Assembly (NCBI GenBank): GCA_051294905.1
Contig: CM119373.1
Coordinates: 1,986,001-2,050,000, forward strand
Source: Botryllus schlosseri
Lineage: Eukaryota
Direction of reading: 5' to 3'
DNA: 64,000 nt
The notes below the pieces were generated by a model. The model was not told the origin of the DNA. It saw only the letters and a list, made by a program, of their open reading frames with translations, and made no database searches. Positions 55,311 to 64,000 of this stretch are shown here, piece after piece; positions within the stretch are counted from its first letter, which is position 1, and each line of letters begins with the position of its first letter. Both the position numbers and the translations under genes were made by a program.

Positions 55311-56800
55311 AAATTCTTAGTTGTCCAAGTAAGCGGTGTCATATAAAAGCATGAGTGGGCCTTGCAGCAAGTCAGCAGCTACGGATTTTAAATGAAGCAC
55401 ATTGGCCCGGTGTAAATGACCATAGTATTCGACAAATCCCAAGATTACCTCAAAACAAACAAACAAGCGACTAAAAAGGGAGCATAAAAATACGCCAACT
55501 TCTATTGTCGTTACTGCCACTGATTTAGCGATCCATAACTGTACTCAACAGGCAAATCATCGCATTTTTGCCAATTTCATTGTTCGCGAATAAATTCGTT
55601 GCTAGAATATAAACCCTATGATCCGTGATATGTTCTAATGTACTATTATGTATGTATATAATGATAGATAATAAAGTATTCAAGTGAAAATACGGACATG
55701 TGACAAAATCTTGAAATGAGTTGACTGATGGTCCGGCCTGTGAGAGATTTGAAATTGAAGGTTTGAATCCGACTCGCGTCGCCTTTTCAGATTCACAATC
55801 CTGCTCTAAGCTGAATCGCCATGACGAGATAGCATTATGGTATGATCCACGGCTGTAACACCAATTGGTTGCGGGTTCGATGCTGACCGAGGTCGACTCC
55901 AGAATTCCCAGCCAAGTGTTACAGATTTATCTAGGGCTATGCTCCTCTTTATTCACCAGATCAGCGGTAGTGGTTTCTTAAAAAAGCCTAGAAGTGGATC
56001 GTGTTATGAGTGCTCTCAATATTGCAGGCCCTGAGTATCTTCTGCACAGCGATCAATGTATATTTTTATAATTGAATGCCTCTTGGCTTTGCATTCAGGA
56101 CAGTTTGTTTTACATGCAATCGAAATTTAAATCATTGGTAAAACAGAGTATATATTGCACGACATTAATATTGCACACATCGTCTATTATAATATTTGAG
56201 ATTCTATATAGTTGCTGAGTGACGTAAAGACCGAGTGAGTGTCTCACTTCAATTTCCCAAAAGTGTTTATGAATACTGGCTGAGTGCCGTAGAAACCCTA
56301 TAGTACTGTCTTTATTGAGTGATCATTAGTAAATTAGTAATCATAAAAACTGCATAACGGTATGCTTCAAAGTTGCCAAACACAGTAGACCTGCCGTCTC
56401 CGTGGATTCAATCGGACAGATTTACTTGCCGACATCCTGATGGCGACCACTTTTTGAAGGAGGAATAGATTGCTATTAATCCAGTTAACAGAATTCAACG
56501 TCGAAATCAGCCAACACATATTGTACTCAGAGGACCGAGTTTCCAAATAATGTCAGCCAAATAGCTCATAGGTAATTTTACAAATTTCTGTTGTGTTTGA
56601 GTGTATTCGATCAAATGAAATCTAGAACATTCTACTCGACTCGAAGATCAATTCTCGTTTCGAAATCGTATCTTCCGAGCCCTCGATTTCGCCCAGTCAC
56701 AGTTGCAAGATTATGGTATTTTAAAGTCTACTGACAGTAATTTCGATTTCATTTTCGAAGCATAATAAAAGTCATTTTATCCGATATTTGATCATTTTAG

Positions 56801-56968
56801 TTGCAAAGGCTGATTATCGTCGACAATTCAATGAATGAAGATGGATATGAAATACTCGTTCACATTCTGAAGCGGTCAGATTGCAAGGATTTGCAACTCG
56901 AAGATTGTTGTCTCACCAACACCAAGTTGCAAGGAGTATTGAACGGATGTTGGGATCAAAATATCCAG
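56801..56968 (+). CDS. LRR exon type A4 (56 aa, phase 0-0)
   Basis: Same splice sites; LQRLIIVDNSMNEDGYEILVHILKRSDCKDLQLEDCCLTNTKLQGVLNGCWDQNIQ. Confidence 0.8.
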
Positions 56969-58777
56969 GTGCGTCATCATAAACAATCCGTAATATCCAA
57001 GAAGACATGTCATCTTACGATTCGAAATTGTTCGTCATCCTACTTCGCCTCAAATCCATGTAACATAAAATCGTTCACCATTTATTCTATCGTTTACCAA
57101 TACTCGGCGGAGGTAATTCGAATACCGCAGCGTTTTAGTATTTTGCAACACAGATTACTTTGGATATGTTTAAAATTGTTAACGACGCGACAGCGTAGAT
57201 ATCATCAATATAGGAATATTCATGACATAAATCAAGCCGAAAAGGCCGAAAGAGTGATAAAAATCGTTTTAGGGTTTGTTGGTGCGGTTCCATTCACTTG
57301 TTGTCATGGATCGGCATTTGGGAATTCTAGGAAAATTGTTGGTGGTAGAAATGCGAAAAATAATTTGCAGCTTTGGTATGGCGTCCCTGATCTACTATGA
57401 GGTAATATGCAGAAACGAGCCGATGTTGCATTTAGGATTTTGGGCCGAAAATTGGGCACACTTTCATACTTTTACGTTGCCTATAAATTAGGGTGGATAG
57501 AGCTATGTCGATTAATGATTGTCAACTTGGGAGGTCAAGAAATAACAGCATGCAACAAAGTGACTGATAAAAATTGGCCCACAGCATGATGCACCATTAT
57601 GCAAAACTTGCCCTCAGTTTTTGAAGACACCCCTTGATCAACTCTACCGGTGAATGCGATCACGGGGGCTGAAAAAGAATTAATGTTTGATAGGAATATG
57701 TGAAACTATCAACAATAATGACGAAATTAGTGAATCTGAAAGTTTTTCGCACTTCGCGCGATCATAACCGTTCCCGTAACATGACCAATTGACCACTCGC
57801 GATTTCGGTGCCGGTGCGTGTAGTAAGCGAATATGAACTAATAGATAAGTCTGGAGCTCACCGGAAATGGAGATGAATCTCTTAACATCGGTATTTTGCA
57901 TCCTGATAGTTCATCGCGACTATGCCATGGAATGTGGCCGCAGGCTACTTGATTAATCGTAATGCAGCCGTGAATAGGAAAAGGGTTTGCAACCACTGAT
58001 TCACTCCTTGGAAATGAATTCCAGCTAAGCTTTTCATTCAAGAGAGCTTGATTCTCATGCACTGAAAATTCAAATCATTCAATTTTTTTTCATCCCGGTG
58101 TTGAAGCATTTACAATTTGCCAGCGACGTCTAAACTAGTTGACAATACGCAACAGTATTTTAATAATCTGGAATATGTAGGCTATTGTGCTGCATCCGGA
58201 AAATTTCGCGAGCCTTATCTTTCATTACGTGTCGCTATATATCTGGCCGCAAAACCATGTATTCCATGAAGCTCATTGTAAAATGACAGCATGTAACGAA
58301 GTTTATTTAAGCGCTGTTAACGAAACGACCGGCGGACGGTCATATTATCAGTATATATTATAGGATAATAGCCCACGTTAGAAATCTAACCACCAACGCC
58401 GACTGAGTAACGAAAATCAATTTAGTGTTTGATGTTTGACTCAAATGCACTCGGGGGCCAATTTTCAAATTTTTGACTACCCTGCGGAACACGACGTCAA
58501 TATGGGTATTCAATGTATGTTCAAGTATGTCGTATTTGACGAGGTGAAATTGTACTATTGGCCGGAATAGCAGATTGAGATTCCGCAAATATAGTGAACT
58601 TTGATTTACTACTTATTTTACCAATTTACGCGTGGCACCAATGAAAACCACATTCACAAATATTTGACTAAAATTGTCGTTCTACTAGGCAGGGAGTACG
58701 CATCATTTGTCGCAATTATGAGAAATAGGCACCATGGCCGAATCTAGGTTTTGGGTGACATATTGATAAGTGTAGGC

Positions 58778-60330
58778 CCGGGGTAGGCAAACCCCGGCAC
58801 GCGTGCCATTTGTGCCACGCGAAATGATTTTTCATGGCATGCCAAATGATTTCACGGAAACGACATATTCATACCATGTTTTTGCAAAAAGTGAAACAGA
58901 AGTTTTCAAAACGTGAAATGCTCGTAGGCGATCCAAAATTATTATTATTATTTCACATTTTACAGTGGTGCTTCTCGCCTTTTTCAGGTATGTGCACCAC
59001 GACACGAATATTTGCAATGTTCATAAGTCTTTGTCTTTGTGTTAATCTTGGGGACGACTTCTTCATTCTTTCGCACATCCAGAGGTCAGTCTCTCTCGCA
59101 CCAATGCGTCCCCGTCGAGGTCTTTGCTGCCGACTTCTAGGACGGCTCACTTTCAATCTGGGCTTTTTAATGCACTGCAACTGCAGTGAGATCGGCAATG
59201 GGTAGCCCAGAGAAATCTCCGACACATAGAGCCTGATGTGTTAATTATGCTGTGGGAACCCCCAATAAATAGATAAATATATATGTTGTATTTATAAAAT
59301 GTTTTAAAAATCTATGCATAGTGTACAAAAATGAGTCAACCGTATTAGCAGTTGTGAAAGAACATCAACCGAACATCGTTTGAAAACGTTTGGATTCTTT
59401 AGTCTAGGAGTGTTATTCACTGTGTAGCCTGCGGGAGTGCAACTACTGAACCGGCATTACGACGCTGGGCATCTTCACGCTATAGAATACATGACCTAGA
59501 TATAGAGTTTCGGACAATATCCGACCATGCGACTAACAGGCGGTCTATGCGTTGCCAAAGTGATTGGCGGCGATAAAACCTTGAAACAAAATAGCCGCTG
59601 CATCATGGACAAAACGTTAGACCTTGATATGTCCACTGGCAAGGCGCCGAAGTGACCAGCGCCGAATGACCAGCGCCCGCACCTGCAGCTTGAGCCGCAC
59701 GTATCAAATGAGATCTGCCAAGGAAAATAATCAGCCCCGTGTCCAAATGCGAATCGTGTTCGTCTCTCGGGCGTAGAGTCTGGTGTGCACGCGATTCAAT
59801 ATCTTGAGCAACGCCAATCCTTACCGCTTGACTGCGACCTTTGCCGACAAATATAGTGTCAGACCGACCTTAATGTGACGCCAAACCGATTTGAATGAGA
59901 CTGTGGGGAGGGGGGAAACATTTTTCATCATCATCAGACCATATCATCGTAGCTACACTGATTGGCCCGTCATTTATGATTTATTGGATACGGTAACCAA
60001 CATAGTGGACTTGGAAACGATCCAATCAACCACACAAGATCGATCATTGCCCAATGGCGCGACTGAAAATAAATTATGTAAATATCACGTGAGCCTACAT
60101 ATAAGCGATAGGTCGGGTACGGTAGTGTCCAAAATTCAATCCCTTCACGGCCAATCAAGAATTGCTGGCGTGACGAATGGCGTTGCCAGGCGTAGAAAAA
60201 CGGTTGGTGGTGTTCCTTGCTGCTTGAAACGTTAAATATTAATACATTAAATGTTTGACACGCAAGCTGGTAAAAAATCGACATTTTTTGACATTTTGGC
60301 ACGCTGCACATAAAAAGTTGCCGGCACCTA
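58778..60330. mobile_element. Paralogous copy of the hAT-type element at 6507-7985
   Basis: Same flanks, TSD and internal sequence. Confidence 0.75.
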
Positions 60331-62179
60331 GTATAGGCTATTGGTCATGTCATTGCCCAAGTCAAAATAGAACAGCGTTGGATTTTACTTCACTGGTGTC
60401 ACAGCGGTGAGCGTGCCCTTGCGGCATTCGCCATCTTTAATCGGCCATAAAGCTACGGATGAAGGGATCAAAGATGCAACTGGCTGCACATTAAGGGGGC
60501 AACAGAATGCTAGATGCTGTTATAACAACTTGCGTCGATAGCAAAATACCATGTCACGAGCTTATCGTCTATTACGATCCCCTGTTCACGCGAATAATAA
60601 TTTTTGCCTCCATGGTTATAAACATGTCACGACACTCCGAGTTACTCGGAGTCGACTCGAATCATTTTCATCTTGTCACCGAGTCATTCCGATTAATTCA
60701 GCGTAAGGTCGCCTCCAACTCCAAGTCACAGATTTCAGTCTCGAATCATATGCGGTTCATGTTTCATCATCAAGATTAGGCTATTCTATGTAGGCCTAAT
60801 AGAAGATCTTCCACCGCATAGTAGCGTTTGAATGTGATGCCATATAGCTAACTTGGATCAGTCGTTTGATGTTTTTTGGTAAATTTAAAGGGAATGATAA
60901 CTTTTCTAATCTGACAAAAAGAAATTTTGCATTGAGCTGCTTCCAAGTATCGCCTCCTTGGAAATCCAAAATTTTGACTTAGCCGAGCAAAATGTTCTCG
61001 TGGATCGCGTGTTCGGGACCCAGGCTTATATCATTCGGGTTACCGCTATCAAAAATACTGCTGGTGTAAATAGAGAAAACAATGACGTTACTGGATTATT
61101 GCAAATTAATCGCCTACGAGCAAATTTGCGTGCTTTTTGTGCTATCAAGAAACATCAAGTCGATCCCAAAAAACTCCCAAAACCCAGCCTATACTAACCG
61201 AACCCAAGTCAAACTAATCTCCATGCTAATATGCTTTCATCATTTCTGGCCTTATTCACGACACATCGCAGCGTAGATATCTTGACGATTGCGTTCTGCA
61301 ACAAATTATACCACTGGTCAACAAAATAAAATAAAAATAATTCGGCAGAAAATCTAGGTGCTGTTATAGGGTTTTCAAGGTTGCCGATGACGAATACTAC
61401 TTTTGTTTTGCCAGATTGACATGCCCACCAGACTTGAGTCTTTTTTCCGTGTCATTTGCTGTCATCATTCTGGAGTTCGGCTCTCTCTTCGCCTGAGCTT
61501 TTCAATACGCTGTATTTACAGCGGATCGGAGTTGAGGAGCCCAGATAGACCACATATAAACATGGCAGAGCCGATACTTGAACCACCAACCATTGGTGTC
61601 GTGACTGCAGTGTTTAACCAACTGCGCCACTCGCTTCCACGTGACATGAATATATCCTTATTGTTATGACGCGGTCACATGTTAACGTAGCTTATATAGC
61701 GTTACAACTATAGGGTTCGCTCGCATGATTCTAACAATAATGAAGACGTCATAGTTCAGCCGTAACAAATGATACATGGTGTTCTCTATTCTAACTCTAA
61801 TCCTTTTAATGATGTCTGTTGATCCATGCGTAACCTGAATAATTCCGACTTTCAGCTGCATCGTATTATTCGCACGTTTCCATACCGCTGTTTCACACCT
61901 ACAGAATAGTCTGCCGTTCACTGTCGCAACAAGAACCACAATTATACACATTTATACATTCATTGCATTTATTACTCTGAAATAAAACTATTCACAAAAA
62001 CACGTACAATCGTATCAATAATCACCAGAATAATTCAGGTATTCATTGGTTGAAAATCCTTGCGCTCTTTTTGTCAAGAATGCCATAGTAGGATCTTCGC
62101 CCACATCTGATGTTTTACACTGTAACTGTTTCCCAGTCACGGAAAATTCATCCGGTTCCATGAATTCGATTATCTAAGG

Positions 62180-63506
62180 CAGTGGTTCTCAACCTTTTTT
62201 GACACGCGCCCCCCCTTGGAGATGGTCAAAAAAATCGCGCCCCCTGACCCCCCTTGCATTTATCGTCATGTCAAAAAGAGCACATCATCTAATACAGAGG
62301 TGGGCAACGTTTTTGATAATCATGACTGCATTTAGATTGCTTATGTAGCGTAAGGCCGCATTCCAGGGCATAGCCGCAATGAACGATCTGGACGCAAAAT
62401 TCCTATGGTAAACTGTCCATATCCATTCCCGGTGAACTCCGGACTATTGTACTTTTCACAATGGCCTATTGTATGCGCCGAAATCGCGAGTGGCAATGTT
62501 ATGAATAATTGCCGGGAGGCGCATATTGTCGCGCGGAGCGCGAAAATTTTTCAGGGCCGCGAACGAATTGTTATTTCTTGCCATTTCCCATTCCGGCTCA
62601 GATTAAGAAGGGCGCTACTGCAATAAAATCGAAAAATTAAGTCGTGTTGAATTGCACGGAGGGCGAAGAAAATTTCAAAAATTGCGGAAAATGCGGGAGT
62701 GAATTCGTAATTGCAATTTTCATGTCTACGGCCGCCAACACATCCTAATTGATCGAATGAGGCGTCGACGGCCGCTCGAATTCCCTTCTAGGACCGCAGG
62801 CTGCCCACCCCTGATCTAATAGTATACATAAGGTATATCTTACGTCAATTTTGAATCTGCATTCCAGTTGTTGAGTCTTTTACATTGCTGACAAATTTCT
62901 CCAAACTTGTTTGAAAATAACAATAAAACGTTGAACAAGACATCCATTAATTAATTTCAAGGTAGGTCACCCTGAGACTAATCCTGATGCTGGTAGTGAG
63001 TACAGAGAGCAAGGCGTCGTTCTGTCCTGCCAGGCTAAATTTGATCAGTTTTGGAAATTAATAAAATTGTGTTGATTTATAGCCTAATCGAGGGCGAAAC
63101 CGTGCAACCTATGTTGCATCTAAGTCTGCCTTAGGCAGTGCAGTTCACAAGCTACTAACAACAGCTGCCCAGCGCGACAAGCTTTAGGCTACTGTCAAAG
63201 CTATGAATCAATGAATGACTTACACGTGGGAATTGCTCTCTATATCTCCAAAGAATATCAAAAATTTGCTCAAATGAAGTTGAAATCAGACTATACTCCG
63301 TTGAGCGCGGTTGCTAGAGTTTGTATTTTGCAAGCTTTCCTGAATATGGAATAATTTTCATCTCCATCAATCGTCTTCTCATAATGGATGTGAAACACAT
63401 GTTCAGACATGTACAATTTATACTGACCTTGTCAATTTCTCGCGCCCCCCCCCCCCCCTATACTGACTTCGTCAATTTCTCGCGCCTCCCAGGTTGAGAA
63501 CCTCTG
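62180..63506. mobile_element. Duplicated nested hAT MITE pair (inner element 62295-62813)
   Basis: Near-identical to 22243-23566 including both TSDs. Confidence 0.85.
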
Positions 63507-63864
63507 ATCTAAGGTTTTAGTGGTCCGAAACCTAGTGAATCATGAAAATAAGTCTGGTGCCCCCCTATTTTAAGGGTGTAGTAAAAACCCAATGCGTAAG
63601 TGGTCGAAGTCCGCCTTCCGGTTAGGAATTCACTATAAGACCACTCGACTGATCAAGGGTATAATTTTTTTTGCTGTTTTCGGGATCAAATCCAGGTTGT
63701 TATAACAACCATCGGGTAAAAACTACGGGCTCATAGCATTTGGTTCGAGATCGATGGACACATCTCGAATTCTCCTCTACGATTGCCAATACGGTTAATA
63801 AAGTTGTATTCGTTTCGTTTTATTGCTTTGTGTGACCACTTAATCAACTGAGAATGTTGTAGAG

Positions 63865-64000
63865 CAGGGGTGGGCAATTATTTTCCTCCGCGGGCCAAAT
63901 GAGGAAAATAAATACGTTGGCGGGCCGAGTGAAAAATTTTGGCTATATTCTCCAGCGTATTTTAATTTTATTTCTAAATCACATTGTTAATAAATGCTGC
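63865..64000. mobile_element. Left end of a hAT-type MITE running out of the window
   Basis: CAGGGGTGGGCAA begins exactly where identity to the paralogue (23924) stops. Confidence 0.7.

Larger units (their letters stand above)
51374..63864 (+). repeat. Segmental duplication: 51374-~57110 matches 555-~5985; 56801-63864 matches 16881-23924
   Basis: Near-identical colinear sequence. Confidence 0.9.

Noticed and set aside
34137..64000. Whole repetition as a pure assembly artefact (uncollapsed haplotypes)
   Set aside because: Copies differ by TSD-bearing insertions, distinct deletions, microsatellite lengths and exon variants, and some segments occur three or more times. A partial artefact cannot be excluded without read data.

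Overview
AT-rich, repeat-dense eukaryotic (probably invertebrate animal) genomic DNA with spliceosomal introns; there are no prokaryotic features. The window is built from nested tandem segmental duplications. An ancestral ~9-11 kb unit carries two types of 168-nt, phase 0-0 exon, each encoding two ribonuclease-inhibitor/NLR-type LRRs. Type A is at 5679, 16881, 47580 and 56801. Type B is intact at 31923 and truncated at 1880, 11252, 24734, 36210 and 53040. The type-A copies are nearly identical except at the exposed xxLxLxx positions, which suggests a diversifying LRR exon-cassette array in a large, probably immune-receptor gene whose 5' part is not visible here. The introns hold an apparently intact Harbinger transposon (transposase plus a 3-exon MADF gene), a decayed THAP-DDE ISL2EU-type element, Penelope-like fragments, nested hAT-type MITEs, tRNA-derived SINEs and mini/microsatellites. 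Several insertions can be delimited exactly because paralogous empty sites lie in the same window. All alignments were done by eye.
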